Made by a program: the position numbers and the translations under genes | NCBI GenBank assembly: GCA_947502645.1 | Contig: CANNAD010000003.1 | Span: 54,622-118,621 of the forward strand | Direction: 5' to 3' | Origin: an uncultured Micrococcaceae bacterium | GTDB taxonomy: Bacteria; Actinomycetota; Actinomycetes; Actinomycetales; Micrococcaceae | Length of the DNA stretch: 64,000 nt | Notes under the pieces: generated by a model | Database searches by the model: none | What the model was told of the DNA's origin: nothing | The model's input: only the letters and a program-made list of their open reading frames with translations | Part shown: one piece after another, positions 8,049-19,060 of the stretch | How the letters are laid out: every line of letters begins with the position of its first letter | Numbering within the stretch: position 1 is the stretch's first letter

Positions 8049-10928
8049 CTAGATGCGTGGCTTCTCGCGCATCTCGAACGTCTCGATGATGTCGCCTTCC
8101 TTGACGTCGTTGAACGAGCCGAGGCCGATACCGCACTCGTAGTCCGTGCGGACTTCGGTGGCATCGTCCTTGAACCGTTTGAGCGACTCAATGGCGAGGT
8201 TGTCTCCGACGACGTTTCCGTCGCGGACAAGACGTGCCTTGGTATTGCGTCGGATAACACCGCTTCGGACGATCGAGCCCGCGATGTTGCCGTACTTGGA
8301 GGAACGGAATACTTCCCGGACCTCCGCAGTGCCGAGCTGAGCTTCTTCGTACTCCGGCTTGAGCATGCCCTTGAGAGCATTCTCGATGTCGTCGATGGCT
8401 GCGTAGATGACCGAGTAGAAGCGCATATCCACACCCTCGCGGTCGGCCAGCTCGGCCACCCGCTCGGCAGGACGCACGTTGAACCCGATAATGACTGCGC
8501 TGTCCACCGTTGCCAGGTTGACGTCGTTCTGGGTGATGGCTCCAACTCCACGGTGGATAACGCGCAGCTGGACTCCCTCTCCGACGTCGATCTTGAGCAG
8601 TGCGTCCTCGAGGGCTTCCACAGCACCCGAGACATCACCCTTGAGGATGAGGTTGAGGGTGTCGATCTTGCCTTCGGCGACGGCCTGGTCGAAGTCTTCC
8701 AGGCTGACGCGCTTCCGACGCTTGGCCAGAGCAGCGTTGCGGTCTGCAGCTTCACGCTTCTCGGCGATCTGCCGTGCCGTACGTTCATCCGCGGTTACAA
8801 GGAAGGTGTCACCTGCACGGGGAACCGTAGACAGACCCAGCACCTGGACCGGACGTGAAGGCCCAGCTTCGCTGAGGTTTGCGCCGTTCTCGTCGAACAT
8901 GGCACGAACGCGGCCGTGGGCGTTGCCCGCAACAATGGTGTCACCGACCCGCAACGTACCTGACTGGACGAGTACCGTCGCAACGGCGCCCCGCCCCTTG
9001 TCAAGATTCGCTTCGATGGCAATACCACGAGCATTCTTATCCGGATTCGCCCGCATGTCGAGAGCCGCGTCAGCCGTGAGCAGTACGGCCTCCAACAGTT
9101 CGTCGATGCCGATCCCCTGCAGGGCAGAGACGTGCACGAACATGGTGTCGCCGCCGTACTCCTCAGGTACCAGACCGTATTCGGTGAGCTGACCCTTGAC
9201 CTTGTCAGGGTTGGCGCCGTCCTTGTCAATCTTGTTCACGGCAACGACGATGGGCACGTCAGCAGCCTGCGCATGGTTGAGCGCTTCAACGGTCTGCGGC
9301 ATAACACCGTCATCCGCTGCAACAACCAGGACCGCGATGTCGGTGACCTTCGCACCACGGGCACGCATGGCGGTGAACGCCTCGTGACCCGGAGTATCGA
9401 TGAACGTGATCGGCCGGTTCTCTTCTTCGTGCGTGTGGTCGATCTGGTAAGCACCAATGTGCTGGGTGATCCCGCCATGCTCTCCACTGATGACATTCGA
9501 CTTTCGAATGGCATCCAGGAGCCTGGTCTTACCGTGGTCGACGTGTCCCATGACCGTGACAACCGGAGGACGAGCCTGCAGTTCCTCGTCGCCCTCGGCC
9601 TCCAACTCGGCATCCAGATCGATGTCGAAGGAATCGAAGAGCTCGCGCTCCTCGTCTTCCGGGGAAACAACCTGAATCTTGTAACCGAGCTCTTCGCCCA
9701 GAACCTCGAAGGTTCCCTCATCCAGCGACTGGGTAGCAGTAGCCATCTCACCAAGGTGAATGAGAACCGTCACCAGCGAGGCCGGGTTCGCGTCAATCTT
9801 TTCAGCGAAATCCGAGATCGAAGAACCACGACGCAAGCGGATGACTGTGCTGCCGTCGCCGCGGGGTACGGTGACGCCACCGGCCGACGGAGCTGACATC
9901 TGTTCGAGTTCCTGGCGCTTCGCCCGCTTCGACTTGCGCTGCTTGCCACGACCCGCGCCGCCCTTACCGAAAGCACCGGCGGTGCCGCCGCGGCCGCGGC
10001 CGCCCTTGCCGAAGCCGCCGCCAACGGGACCGCTTCCGCCGCCTCGCCGGGGACCGCCGCCTGGCTTGTCATTGCCTCGTGCCGGTGCTGCTGGTTCCGT
10101 GCGATTGGGCATCATGCCTGGAGTAGGACGCTGCCCGCCAGGAGTGGTGGGACGGGGCGCTCCCGGACGGGGCGCACTCGAACGCGTACCGGGCGCACCC
10201 GTACGAGGTGCACCGGGACGTGGTCCGCCACTACCTGCAGCTGGCCTGGGACCGCCCGGACGTTCGTCATCGCGACGACCCGGACGCGGCATTCCCTGCG
10301 ACGGCGCAAACGGGTTGTTACCCGGACGCGGACCGCCTGAGCGCTGGTCGTCCTTACGGCCCGGACGTGGCATGCCCTGTGAAGTGGCGAACGGGTTGTT
10401 ACCCGGACGCGCGCCTGGGCGCGGAGCCTCAGGTGCAGGGCCGGGGGTGGGACGTGCTCCAGGTTTGGCAGCAGGCTTTGACTGCGCCGCCGGCTCCTGT
10501 GCTGATTCTGATTTCTCTGCTGCCGGTTCCGGGGCGCTCGGCTTCTCCGATGCCGCAGCTACCGGAGCTTCGGTTGGAGTAGGAGCCTCGGCTGGAGCAG
10601 GTGTCCCGACCGGAGCGGGAGCGTTGGTCGCGCCGCCTGGCTTCGGTGCTGTCGGGCGTACGCCTGGCTTGGGCGCCGATGCCTTCTCCCCAGCGGGGGC
10701 TGCCGGCGAATCGCTGGCCGGCTTTGGGGCGGGCGCCGGAGTCGGCTCTGATGAAGCAGACTTTTCCGGGGCGTTGGGAAATGCGCCACGGAGTTTCTTC
10801 ACTACCGGCGCTTCAATGGTTGAGGACGCAGAGCGAACAAATTCGCCCAGTTCCTGCAGCTTAGCTACAGCGTCCTTGGAAGTAATGCCGAGCTCTTTGG
10901 CGAGCTCGTGTACGCGGACCTTGGCCAC
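8049..10928 (-). CDS. infB: translation initiation factor IF-2
   Basis: 959 aa: [19 protein letters not shown], a long Pro/Gly/Ala-rich linker, and a GTPase domain ([17 protein letters not shown]…DTPGHEAF…NKIDK). Confidence 0.97.
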   Translation of the reverse strand: MAKVRVHELAKELGITSKDAVAKLQELGEFVRSASSTIEAPVVKKLRGAFPNAPEKSASSEPTPAPAPKPASDSPAAPAGEKASAPKPGVRPTAPKPGGATNAPAPVGTPAPAEAPTPTEAPVAAASEKPSAPEPAAEKSESAQEPAAQSKPAAKPGARPTPGPAPEAPRPGARPGNNPFATSQGMPRPGRKDDQRSGGPRPGNNPFAPSQGMPRPGRRDDERPGGPRPAAGSGGPRPGAPRTGAPGTRSSAPRPGAPRPTTPGGQRPTPGMMPNRTEPAAPARGNDKPGGGPRRGGGSGPVGGGFGKGGRGRGGTAGAFGKGGAGRGKQRKSKRAKRQELEQMSAPSAGGVTVPRGDGSTVIRLRRGSSISDFAEKIDANPASLVTVLIHLGEMATATQSLDEGTFEVLGEELGYKIQVVSPEDEERELFDSFDIDLDAELEAEGDEELQARPPVVTVMGHVDHGKTRLLDAIRKSNVISGEHGGITQHIGAYQIDHTHEEENRPITFIDTPGHEAFTAMRARGAKVTDIAVLVVAADDGVMPQTVEALNHAQAADVPIVVAVNKIDKDGANPDKVKGQLTEYGLVPEEYGGDTMFVHVSALQGIGIDELLEAVLLTADAALDMRANPDKNARGIAIEANLDKGRGAVATVLVQSGTLRVGDTIVAGNAHGRVRAMFDENGANLSEAGPSRPVQVLGLSTVPRAGDTFLVTADERTARQIAEKREAADRNAALAKRRKRVSLEDFDQAVAEGKIDTLNLILKGDVSGAVEALEDALLKIDVGEGVQLRVIHRGVGAITQNDVNLATVDSAVIIGFNVRPAERVAELADREGVDMRFYSVIYAAIDDIENALKGMLKPEYEEAQLGTAEVREVFRSSKYGNIAGSIVRSGVIRRNTKARLVRDGNVVGDNLAIESLKRFKDDATEVRTDYECGIGLGSFNDVKEGDIIETFEMREKPRI
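10250..10411 (-). repeat. 2 x 81-nt in-frame tandem repeat inside the infB linker (27-aa unit [23 protein letters not shown])
   Basis: AACGGGTTGTTACCCGGACGCG occurs at 10309-10330 and 10390-10411, and CCCGGACG.GGCAT.CCCTG at 10279 and 10360. The period is 81 nt. Confidence 0.8.
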
Positions 10929-11080
10929 ATTTCTCCTGTCTCGGTCCGCACCGAGCCAGGCACGAACCGTCTAATATTTGCTGCGGGTCCCGACTGCATT
11001 CAGTCGTGAAGGACCCTCTGCGGAGCACAACAGATCATTCATTGTTGGGCGCTCATCGTTGAGTACTCATCGGGTTTCCA

Positions 11081-11401
11081 TCAGTTTTCAGACCCGCTTT
11101 CACATTGGACGGTCAATTCACGAGCAGCCCCGGATTGGGGCTCCACGTTATTCCGGAAAAACTCACGTACCGCGTTGCTTTCAACAGGAGCCCGGAAGGC
11201 CCTGTTGAAGGAACGACGTTTGATGGCCATTTCCAGACAACCGGGGTTTCGATGCAGCCAAGCACCGCGCCCCGGTAGCCGGCAGTCCGAATCAACAAGA
11301 ACGGCTTGAGAGCCGTCGTCGTCTGATCGCACCAGCCGAACAAGCACATTGCGGTCATCCTTGCCACGACAACCGATGCATGTGCGTTGCGGCACGTGCA
11401 T
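11081..11401 (-). CDS. YlxR/RnpM family (DUF448) RNA-binding protein
   Basis: MHVPQRTCIGCRGKDDRNVLVRLV… is the family's signature N-terminus, and the gene sits between nusA and infB. The ORF is open up to 11476; I chose ATG 11401 (106 aa). Confidence 0.75.
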   Translation of the reverse strand: MHVPQRTCIGCRGKDDRNVLVRLVRSDDDGSQAVLVDSDCRLPGRGAWLHRNPGCLEMAIKRRSFNRAFRAPVESNAVREFFRNNVEPQSGAARELTVQCESGSEN

Positions 11402-11542
11402 CCGAGAACCATGAGGTTGCATGACTGTCCTCCGGACTCCCGCTGGCGTGGATTGAAATAACCCAGTCCCTGTCATTCTATCGCGTTTATGGCCTTTGGC
11501 TGGCCACCAGGGGCTTGCGTCTCGGCACTGAAGCCGAAATTA

Positions 11543-12529
11543 CTACTCCGCTGATGCCTTCGCCGCTACGGCATCGGAGACAATGTCGATCCGCCAGCCG
11601 GTAAGTTTTGCGGCGAGACGGGCGTTCTGCCCTTCCTTGCCGATAGCCAGAGACAACTGATAGTCGGGAACGACGGCCCTGGCCGAACGTGCTGCCTCGT
11701 CGATGATGGTCACCGAAGAGACCCGAGAGGGGGAAAGCGCGTTTGCAATGAATGCCGCAGGGTCATCGCTGTAGTCAATGAGATCAATCTTCTCGTCGTT
11801 GAGTTCCGACATGACAGCGCGGACACGCGAACCCATCTCACCGATGCAAGAACCCTTTGCGTTGATTCCCGGCTTGGTGGCTTTGACCGCGATTTTGGTT
11901 CGGTGCCCCGCCTCACGCGCCAGGGAAACAATCTCCACAGATTTATCCGCGATCTCGGGCACCTCGAGTTCAAACAACTTCCGGACCAGACCTGGATGCG
12001 AACGGGACAACGTGATTGAAGGCCCCTTCATCCCACGGTGCACATCGATGACGAACGCACGCAGCCGTGAACCATGTTTGTACGCCTCACCCGGTACCTG
12101 CTCCGGCGGCGGCAGCAGTGCCTCCACTGTTCCGAGATTGACCTGGACCATATGCGGGTTGTTGCCCTGCTGAATCTGCCCGGAAACAAGCTCGCCTTCC
12201 TTGCCGCGGAAATGACCCAGGATTGAATCGTCCTCGGCGTCGCGAAGGCGCTGAAGGATGATCTGGCGCGCGGTACTGGCCGCAATCCGGCCGAATCCCG
12301 TCGGAGTGTCATCAAACTCACCGATGCGGTTGTCGTCGTCGTCCAGCTCGGCAGCCCAGATGGTTACGTGGCCGCTCTTGGGGTCTAGTTCGGCACGCGC
12401 CTGCTCGTGGGCACCAGGAGACTTCTGGTAGGCCACCAGCAAGGCCTGCTCGATCGTTGGAATGAGATCGTTGAGGGGAATTTCCCGCTCTTTTTCCAAC
12501 AGCCTCAGTGCGCTCATATCAATATCCAT
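11543..12529 (-). CDS. nusA: transcription termination/antitermination factor NusA
   Basis: 328 aa with an S1 and two KH regions (…[10 protein letters not shown]…, …[11 protein letters not shown]…, …[22 protein letters not shown]…). Confidence 0.95.
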   Translation of the reverse strand: MDIDMSALRLLEKEREIPLNDLIPTIEQALLVAYQKSPGAHEQARAELDPKSGHVTIWAAELDDDDNRIGEFDDTPTGFGRIAASTARQIILQRLRDAEDDSILGHFRGKEGELVSGQIQQGNNPHMVQVNLGTVEALLPPPEQVPGEAYKHGSRLRAFVIDVHRGMKGPSITLSRSHPGLVRKLFELEVPEIADKSVEIVSLAREAGHRTKIAVKATKPGINAKGSCIGEMGSRVRAVMSELNDEKIDLIDYSDDPAAFIANALSPSRVSSVTIIDEAARSARAVVPDYQLSLAIGKEGQNARLAAKLTGWRIDIVSDAVAAKASAE

Positions 12530-13138
12530 TTAGGCCTCCTCGGCTGCGGGAGTGATCCCGGTCGAATGATTGTCTTCGGGATGGGCAAATTCAACTTCAA
12601 CGGTTGCCTTGCGGACGTCAGCGAATGCAAGGGAAAGTTGTTCGCCCTGTTTGGGCTTGACGCCCTTCTTCACAGGTAGCTCGGGAAGGATCACGACGGC
12701 GTCGTCCTCCACCTTCATCACGCGTCCCACAACATCCCTGCTGTCCGTGGTGCGGACCCGCACCATCCGATTCAGGTTGCGGCGCCAGTGCCGCGGCTCG
12801 GTAAGCGGCCGGGAAACACCCGGAGAAGACACTTCGAGGTTGTAGGGCGGGCCATTATCGATGGGATCGTGGTCAAGGGCTTCTGCCAGACTTCGAGAAA
12901 CATCGGAGATCAGATCCAGACCGACTCCCCCGGTCTGGTCTTCCGGCAGGTCGACGACGACGGCGACTGTACGGTGGGTGCCGGCGAGCGAGACATCAAC
13001 ACCTTCAAGATATAACCCGTGGTTCTGCACCACGGGTCGAAGCAGATCCGTCAGCCGCTGCGAGGTTGCATCCGGCTGCTGATCAGCCGTCTGATTTCCG
13101 GAGAGTCTCCGGTTGCCGTCCTGGGACTGCTCCCTCAT
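12530..13138 (-). CDS. rimP: ribosome maturation factor RimP
   Basis: 202 aa directly abutting the nusA start (TAA 12530-12532, ATG 12529). Contains …LEVSSPGVSRPL…. Confidence 0.88.
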   Translation of the reverse strand: MREQSQDGNRRLSGNQTADQQPDATSQRLTDLLRPVVQNHGLYLEGVDVSLAGTHRTVAVVVDLPEDQTGGVGLDLISDVSRSLAEALDHDPIDNGPPYNLEVSSPGVSRPLTEPRHWRRNLNRMVRVRTTDSRDVVGRVMKVEDDAVVILPELPVKKGVKPKQGEQLSLAFADVRKATVEVEFAHPEDNHSTGITPAAEEA

Positions 13139-13224
13139 AACTGCCTCCCACTTGATGATGTTGTGACTCTAGCCTAACGACAATAGTCGGTTCCGGTGTA
13201 ACGGGTCAGCTGCGGCCCCGGGAC

Positions 13225-14262
13225 GTGGCAAGATTATGTGCTGTGGGGAATGATGGTCAGGGCGTATGGCGCCGCATGCGCAGATTGGCACAGGGCACAC
13301 TGCGTTGGACAAAGCGGGTTCTCGTCCTGACTGTTCTGGCTGCTGTGGTCCTGGGTTTCGGCCTCATTGTGTCGGACCCGAACGCTGAACATCCATCGGC
13401 GACACAACAGGCTCAGCACACTGCGGCACAGGCCGCGCACGAGCTCGCCGAGGATGCCCGACGGCTGGCCGGCAATCAAGCAGCCTCGCCCATGGTCGCC
13501 GCGGCAGACATCCTCGACCGCCAGGCGGTCCTGCTCCAGGTCCCGGTGGCTTCCGGAGACTCCGCGGAGGCGTCGCCGTCTCCCAAAACTTCCCCAAAGA
13601 ACGAGCCGACGGTCGAGGAATTCGTCGTTGCCCTGCGCTCCAGTGCCGGACGCAACCTTGATCAGGCAGAAGAAACTGAACCCGGAATAGCGCGACTTCT
13701 CGCTTCCATCGGCACCGCCCAGTGGATCCTGGCCAACGACATATCGTCCGCTGCGGCGCCACCTCCGCAACCAGTAGAACCCGCCGCGGATCCGGGGAGG
13801 CAGCAATGCATGCCTGAAGAAGAACCCGGGGATGAAGTCCAGGCAGTTCGGGCAGTTCAGCTGGCGGAATACCGCGTCGCGTATGCGTACGAAGTGACGG
13901 CTGCACGCACGGGGAGCCCTTTCCTGCAGGACAAAGCGCAGGCGCATCGTTCCGCGGCAGGTGAACTGGCCGGGATCCTCAACGCCCTATGCGCTGAGAT
14001 GCCGCCGCCCGTGGACGCCTATGTCCTCTCCCCCAACTACTTCACGGACCCAGCACCAGTCCTCACCGCCATGGAGTCCGAGCTCATCACCTCCTACGCG
14101 GATCTGGTGGGCCTGAGCAATGGAGCTGTCCGGAAGTGGGCCATCGGCACTCTCCTCTCTGCCACGCTTGCCCTGCACGAGGGCGGCGATGCGCCCGACC
14201 CCACCCCTGGGCTCCGAAACATCGCAGACTCAACAAAGGTTCCTGCTGGCAAAACACCGTGA
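13225..14262 (+). CDS. Ala-rich membrane-anchored protein with a C-terminal ferritin-like (DUF4439-type) domain
   Basis: 345 aa with an N-terminal TM (VLVLTVLAAVVLGFGLIV). The C-terminal pattern AVQLAEYRVAYAYEV…AHRSAAGEL…MESELITSYADLV resembles DUF4439. Start GTG 13225 or ATG 13276. Divergent from rimP, as Rv2843/Rv2844 are in M. tuberculosis (from memory). Confidence 0.5.
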   Translation: MARLCAVGNDGQGVWRRMRRLAQGTLRWTKRVLVLTVLAAVVLGFGLIVSDPNAEHPSATQQAQHTAAQAAHELAEDARRLAGNQAASPMVAAADILDRQAVLLQVPVASGDSAEASPSPKTSPKNEPTVEEFVVALRSSAGRNLDQAEETEPGIARLLASIGTAQWILANDISSAAAPPPQPVEPAADPGRQQCMPEEEPGDEVQAVRAVQLAEYRVAYAYEVTAARTGSPFLQDKAQAHRSAAGELAGILNALCAEMPPPVDAYVLSPNYFTDPAPVLTAMESELITSYADLVGLSNGAVRKWAIGTLLSATLALHEGGDAPDPTPGLRNIADSTKVPAGKTP

Positions 14263-14281
14263 CCGGTGCTTATCTTGGGAC

Positions 14282-15004
14282 ATGAGCGAGGAACCGAAGC
14301 TTCACGACGACGAACCACATCAAGGGGACCTCGCGCAGCGCCTGAACTGGCTGAGGGCAGCAGTACTCGGCGCCAATGACGGAATCGTGTCCGTCGCAGC
14401 CATCGTCGTCGGCGTTGCTGGCGTGACCACGGCGACCGGGCCGATCCTCACAGCAGGTCTTGCGGGGCTTATCGGTGGTGCTGTGTCCATGGCTCTTGGC
14501 GAGTACGTGTCCGTGAGTAGTCAGAGCGACAGTCAGCTAGCACTGATCGAAAAAGAGCGACGCGAACTCCAGGAACAACCCGAGGAAGAGCTCGCTGAAC
14601 TTGCGGCGATCTACGAAGCCAAGGGCATGAGCAGCGCAACTGCCTGGCAGGTAGCTGAGGAACTGACGGAGAACAACGCGCTGGAAGCCCACCTGGCGGC
14701 CGAGCTCAACATCGACCCGGACGACGTCGTGAGTCCCTGGCACGCAGCGTATGCTTCCGCTGCCGCTTTCACTGTTGGCGGCGTCCTCCCTCTTCTGGCA
14801 ATCCTGATGCCGCCCGAGGAGTGGCGCGTACCGGTCACATTCGTTGCCGTGCTCGCGGCTCTGGCCCTGACGGGCTGGCTGTCCGCCGTGATTGGAGGCA
14901 GTTCACGAACGCGGGCGTCGCTACGTGTGGTTATCGGCGGGGCGGTTGCCCTTGGCGCGACATTTGCCATCGGCAGCTGGCTCAACGCCAGCGGAGTCGT
15001 GTGA
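14282..15004 (+). CDS. VIT1/CCC1 family (iron/manganese) transporter
   Basis: MSEEPKLHDDEPHQGDLAQRLNWLRAAVLGANDGIVSVAAIV… plus a C-terminal TM bundle. The ORF-track entry from 14120 is trimmed to ATG 14282, 19 nt after the upstream stop. Confidence 0.85.
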   Translation: MSEEPKLHDDEPHQGDLAQRLNWLRAAVLGANDGIVSVAAIVVGVAGVTTATGPILTAGLAGLIGGAVSMALGEYVSVSSQSDSQLALIEKERRELQEQPEEELAELAAIYEAKGMSSATAWQVAEELTENNALEAHLAAELNIDPDDVVSPWHAAYASAAAFTVGGVLPLLAILMPPEEWRVPVTFVAVLAALALTGWLSAVIGGSSRTRASLRVVIGGAVALGATFAIGSWLNASGVV

Positions 15005-15008
15005 CCTC

Positions 15009-15812
15009 CTAGCCGCCAGACTGGAAGTTCTCGCTCCAGACATCACGGCTGAGAGTGAGGATCAACACCGTGACAACGATGAGGAAAATAATGCGGATGA
15101 AACGGCTTCCACGCGTGATGGCCATTCGGGCGCCGAGGTAGCCGCCGAGCATGTTCGCCACCCCAAGAATCAGCCCGAGGGACCACAGGACCGCACCGCT
15201 GGGAATGAACAGCATGAGCGCACCGGCGTTGGTGCACATATTGACGATTTTCGCCTTGGCACTGGATGCAAGGAAGTTATAGCCAAGCAGGGTCACCATG
15301 GCGATCACCAGGAACGACCCCGTCCCTGGCCCGATCAATCCGTCATAGAAGCCAATAACCCCGCCGATCACCGCAGCAGTCCAGTAATGACGTTGCCCCC
15401 TGAAGCGCAGCTGGGTCAGCGTACCAACGGTTGGACGGAATGCTGTGAAAAGCGCCACCAGAATCAGAGCCACGACAATGATCGGCTTGAACACTGACTC
15501 CGGAAGCGAAAGGGCCAGAAACGCCCCGCCGAGACTGCCCAGCAACGCCACCACGGCCATCGGTAATGCCGTCTTCAGATCAGGTTTCGCCCGCCGAAAG
15601 TAGGTGACAGCACTCGTCGTCGTACCGAAAATGGATCCCAGCTTGTTCGTGGCCAACGCCTGGACCGGGCTGATTCCCGGGACCATGAGCAGCGCCGGCA
15701 ACTGAATCAGGCCGCCTCCGCCGACCACCGCATCAACCCAGCCTGCAGCGAAACCAGCGACGACAACGAGAAGCAGTGTAGCCAGCGTGATCTCATCGAG
15801 GCCGTCAATCAT
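15009..15812 (-). CDS. TSUP (TauE/SafE) family anion exporter
   Basis: 267 aa, about 8 TM segments, with GGGGLIQLPALL and GPGTGSFLV motifs. Confidence 0.85.
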   Translation of the reverse strand: MIDGLDEITLATLLLVVVAGFAAGWVDAVVGGGGLIQLPALLMVPGISPVQALATNKLGSIFGTTTSAVTYFRRAKPDLKTALPMAVVALLGSLGGAFLALSLPESVFKPIIVVALILVALFTAFRPTVGTLTQLRFRGQRHYWTAAVIGGVIGFYDGLIGPGTGSFLVIAMVTLLGYNFLASSAKAKIVNMCTNAGALMLFIPSGAVLWSLGLILGVANMLGGYLGARMAITRGSRFIRIIFLIVVTVLILTLSRDVWSENFQSGG

Positions 15813-15821
15813 CTGGTACGG

Positions 15822-17624
15822 CTACTCGCCCCGCACCACGCGACGGACATGCTCGACGACGTCCTTCACAGCGACGTTCTCTGCTGTTCCCGTCAGGCGG
15901 TCCTTGACCTCAACCTCGCCGTCCACAAGACCGCGTCCAACGACCACAATGGTGGGCACACCGATGAGTTCCGCGTCGCCGAACTTCACGCCAGGCGACA
16001 CCTTTTCGCGGTCGTCATACATGACGTCCAGACCAACAGCCTCAAGATCAGCGGCAATTTCCGCCGCCGCTTCGAAGACGGCGTCTCCCCGCCCGGCTGC
16101 AACAAGATGAACGTCCGCCGGAGCAACACTGCGCGGCCAGACGAGACCACGCTCGTCATGGTTCGATTCGGCCAGCGCGGCAACCGCCCGTGTGACGCCC
16201 ACCCCGTAGGAGCCCATCGTCACAGTGGACAGCTTGCCGTTCCGGTCCAGAACGTTCAGATGAAGTGCCTCGGCGTACTTGCGGCCCAACTGGAAAATGT
16301 GGCCCATCTCGATGCCACGCGCCGACTCCAGAGGACCAGAACCGTCAGGTGCGAGGTCGCCCTCGCGCACCACCACTGACTCAATGGTGCCGTCCCAGTC
16401 GAAGTCGCGTCCGGCCACCAGACCGAAAACGTGCTTACCCCTGATATTCGCACCGGTAATCCAGGTAGTACCGCTGACAATATGCGGATCCACGAGATAC
16501 AGGATGCCCGTACTTCCCTCGGTCCCCAGAACACGACTGTCCAGACTGAGGCCCGGGCCGATATAGCCTTTGACCAGACCGGGATGACGCTTGAGATCCT
16601 GATCAGAAGCGGCCTCCACCTGCAGCTCACCGTCGAAGGGAAGATGCGCCCCGATGTTCGCCTCAACACGCTTGAGATCCACGTCGCGGTCGCCCGGCAC
16701 CCCAACGACCACCAGCTGCCGGCCGCCGTCAGGCAGGACCACCGACAGAACCACGTTCTTCAACGTGTCAGCAGCCGCCCACTGGCCGTCCTCCCGGGGA
16801 CGCAGCTCGTTGGCAGCGGCCACCAGCGTGGCGATCGTGGGAGTGTCCGGGGTGTCAGCCACCTCGGCAGCCGGAGCATCCGAGAAATCAATGTCTTCCG
16901 GAACGATCGACGTCACAGCCTCAACATTCGCGGCGTAACCACCAGGAGAACGAACGAACGTATCTTCACCGATCGGCGTCGGGTGGAGGAACTCCTCGCT
17001 CTTCGAACCGCCCATGGCACCGGAAACTGCCGACACGATGACAATATCCAGACCAAGGCGTTCAAAAATGCGGATGTACGCGGCACGATGAGCCTGGTAG
17101 CTGGCCTCCAGGCCGTCGTCGTCCATGTCAAAGGAATAAGAATCCTTCATGATGAACTCCCGGCCGCGGAGCAGCCCAGCCCGGGGACGGGCCTCATCAC
17201 GGTACTTGGTCTGCACCTGGAAGAGAGTAACCGGCAAGTCCTTGTAGGAGTTGTAGAGATCCTTCACCAAAAGCGTGAACATCTCTTCATGCGTAGGAGC
17301 AAGCAGGTAATCTGCATCCTTGCGGTCCTTCAGCCTGAAGAGACCATCGCCATACTCCGACCAGCGGTTCGTCGCCTCATACGGTTCCTTCGGCAGGAGC
17401 GCCGGAAAATGCACTTCCTGGGCGCCGATAGCTTCCATTTCCTCGCGGATGACTGCTTCTACCTTGGCTAGCACCTTCAAGCCGAGAGGCAGCCACGAGT
17501 AGATTCCAGGCGCTGCGCGCCGAATGTAACCGGCACGGACCAGCAACCGGTGACTGGCAACCTCGGCCTCGGCAGGGTTGTCGCGCAGAGTGCGCAGGAA
17601 AAGCTGGGAAAAGCGAAGGACCAC
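15822..17624 (-). CDS. proS: proline--tRNA ligase
   Basis: Class II ProRS with an editing insertion. The N-terminus [36 protein letters not shown] matches the family start, so I used GTG 17624 (600 aa) instead of the track start at 17777. Confidence 0.95.
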   Translation of the reverse strand: MVLRFSQLFLRTLRDNPAEAEVASHRLLVRAGYIRRAAPGIYSWLPLGLKVLAKVEAVIREEMEAIGAQEVHFPALLPKEPYEATNRWSEYGDGLFRLKDRKDADYLLAPTHEEMFTLLVKDLYNSYKDLPVTLFQVQTKYRDEARPRAGLLRGREFIMKDSYSFDMDDDGLEASYQAHRAAYIRIFERLGLDIVIVSAVSGAMGGSKSEEFLHPTPIGEDTFVRSPGGYAANVEAVTSIVPEDIDFSDAPAAEVADTPDTPTIATLVAAANELRPREDGQWAAADTLKNVVLSVVLPDGGRQLVVVGVPGDRDVDLKRVEANIGAHLPFDGELQVEAASDQDLKRHPGLVKGYIGPGLSLDSRVLGTEGSTGILYLVDPHIVSGTTWITGANIRGKHVFGLVAGRDFDWDGTIESVVVREGDLAPDGSGPLESARGIEMGHIFQLGRKYAEALHLNVLDRNGKLSTVTMGSYGVGVTRAVAALAESNHDERGLVWPRSVAPADVHLVAAGRGDAVFEAAAEIAADLEAVGLDVMYDDREKVSPGVKFGDAELIGVPTIVVVGRGLVDGEVEVKDRLTGTAENVAVKDVVEHVRRVVRGE

Positions 17625-17773
17625 GAGCGGAATCCGTTCTACGAGCGACGCGACAGCCCGCGGGCGGACGACACCGGGGGCATGAGGGACTCTTACCAAT
17701 GTAACTGACGATGCCGCCTGCGCACGATTCCTCAGGGACGTTTCATCCATCCGCCCGTTACATTCCCGTAACC

Positions 17774-18688
17774 TCAAAAGAGTACGGTCGAAAAAGTCCC
17801 TGTCTGCTCAAATCCGGCTGCCCGGTATGCTGCGATCGCCCGCTCGTTGTAACTATTGACGTACAGGCTCACCAGCGGCGCAGTCTGCGCAGCAAAAGCG
17901 GCCACCGCAGCCATATAAGCAGCGCTCAGACCCCGCCCCCGGTGACGAGGACTGATCCAGACGCCCTGTATCTGTACCGCCTTCGACGAAACGGTTCCGA
18001 ACTCCGCCTTGAACAGAACTGCGCCGTCGTCGTCCAGGTCCACCAACGAGTGGTGCTGGCGAATCAGCCATTCGACCCGCCTGCGGTAGTGCTCCTCGCC
18101 GCCGATGTAGGGCGAATATCCGACTTCTTCCTCAAACATGGCCACGCACGCGGGCAGAAGCAGCTCGAATTCCTTCGGCTGCGTCCATCGAAGGCCGGAG
18201 GCAGGGGCCACCGTCGGTGGGTGGAGAGCCTGCATGAACGGCTGTTCCGGGCGTATGGCGAACGGCGTAGGAGCGTACCGCTTCAGGGCCGACCAGATGG
18301 CTGACACTGCCTCGGCTTCCCCGAAAATCGACGAGAAGCGGCGTCCCGAGTCCCCCAGATACCGGCCGACCAGCTCGCCATCCCCGGATGAGGAACTGAT
18401 GCCAACCGGCACGATGTTCGCACCGGCCCAGCAAGCAGATCTCAGAGTCCCATCCTGTTCGAACACACCCAGAATCTGAGCAGCGACGTTGGTCGGGGCT
18501 GCTGTGCCGGTCGCTTCAAGGTGGGAAGCCATGAACACGTTCTTGGCTGGATCGCGGTCCACCAGCTCAACCAGCTGCGGGGTCTCCTCATGCACGAGGC
18601 TCCGGACTAGCGGCCGACGGCGGCGTTCGGAGAACTTTCCGTCCGGCCAGCGTCTCCAGGGCAGGTCCCCGGCAAGCATCTTGGCCAT
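17774..18688 (-). CDS. GNAT family N-acetyltransferase (two-domain)
   Basis: 304 aa. The C-terminal half carries the acetyl-CoA loop [25 protein letters not shown]. Confidence 0.75.
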   Translation of the reverse strand: MAKMLAGDLPWRRWPDGKFSERRRRPLVRSLVHEETPQLVELVDRDPAKNVFMASHLEATGTAAPTNVAAQILGVFEQDGTLRSACWAGANIVPVGISSSSGDGELVGRYLGDSGRRFSSIFGEAEAVSAIWSALKRYAPTPFAIRPEQPFMQALHPPTVAPASGLRWTQPKEFELLLPACVAMFEEEVGYSPYIGGEEHYRRRVEWLIRQHHSLVDLDDDGAVLFKAEFGTVSSKAVQIQGVWISPRHRGRGLSAAYMAAVAAFAAQTAPLVSLYVNSYNERAIAAYRAAGFEQTGTFSTVLF

Positions 18689-18731
18689 ACGGTCGCCTGC
18701 TCCCTACGCTTGTCGAGTTCCCTGGCGCCGG

Positions 18732-19022
18732 TCAGGCGCCGTCAGCGAATGCGCCGATGACCGGTTTCCAGGCTGTGATCTTCATGCCATCAATTGCCCC
18801 AGCCTGAAAGAACGGATCCTGTTGGAGCATGGCGCTCACCGCTTCCTCCGACTCCGCCCGAATGACCAGCAGAGCACCAGCACCATCGGCAAATGCGCCG
18901 GCGCTGAGAACCCGGCCCTCATCTGCGCGTTCCTGCAGCCATGAGCGGTGTGCTGGACGATTGTCGTCGCGGACTCCGGCTGTCTGCGAACCGTAATCGT
19001 ATTCGACGGCGAAAATGTTCAT
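18732..19022 (-). CDS. YciI family protein
   Basis: 96 aa: MNIFAVEYDY…RPAHRSWLQERADEGRVLSAGAF…DPFFQAG. Confidence 0.8.
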   Translation of the reverse strand: MNIFAVEYDYGSQTAGVRDDNRPAHRSWLQERADEGRVLSAGAFADGAGALLVIRAESEEAVSAMLQQDPFFQAGAIDGMKITAWKPVIGAFADGA

Positions 19023-19060
19023 GGTTCCACCATACTGAGCAGAGCCGTTCGGCGCAGCGT

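Noticed and set aside
7834-8136. Small minus-strand ORFs (100 aa and 69 aa) spanning the infB-rbfA gap as a possible DUF503-type gene
   Set aside because: They overlap the infB 3' end, the rbfA 5' end and the 17-bp hairpin. Their translations are Arg-rich without motifs. The 91-nt gap is too short for an additional gene.
10250-10411. Tandem repeats in infB as a CRISPR-like or minisatellite array
   Set aside because: There are only two units. They are in frame within a coding low-complexity linker, with no spacer structure.
9760-10974. 404-aa plus-strand ORF antisense to the infB linker
   Set aside because: Its Pro/Gly/Ala/Arg low-complexity translation mirrors the Pro/Gly-rich IF-2 linker. 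It has no start context or motif, and infB on the other strand is unambiguous.
15822-17777. Long N-terminal extensions proposed by the ORF track (proS to 17777, accA1 to 27801, pyrH to 45014, rpsB to 46959, glyQS to 61070, metX to 63351, E1alpha to 34220, DUF485 to 38216, M23 from 47157, VIT from 14120, S4 from 60974)
   Set aside because: The extensions overlap neighbouring genes or intergenic hairpins. They are Arg/Ser/Pro-rich and precede canonical family N-termini, which have their own start codon and often a Shine-Dalgarno sequence. I used the internal starts instead.
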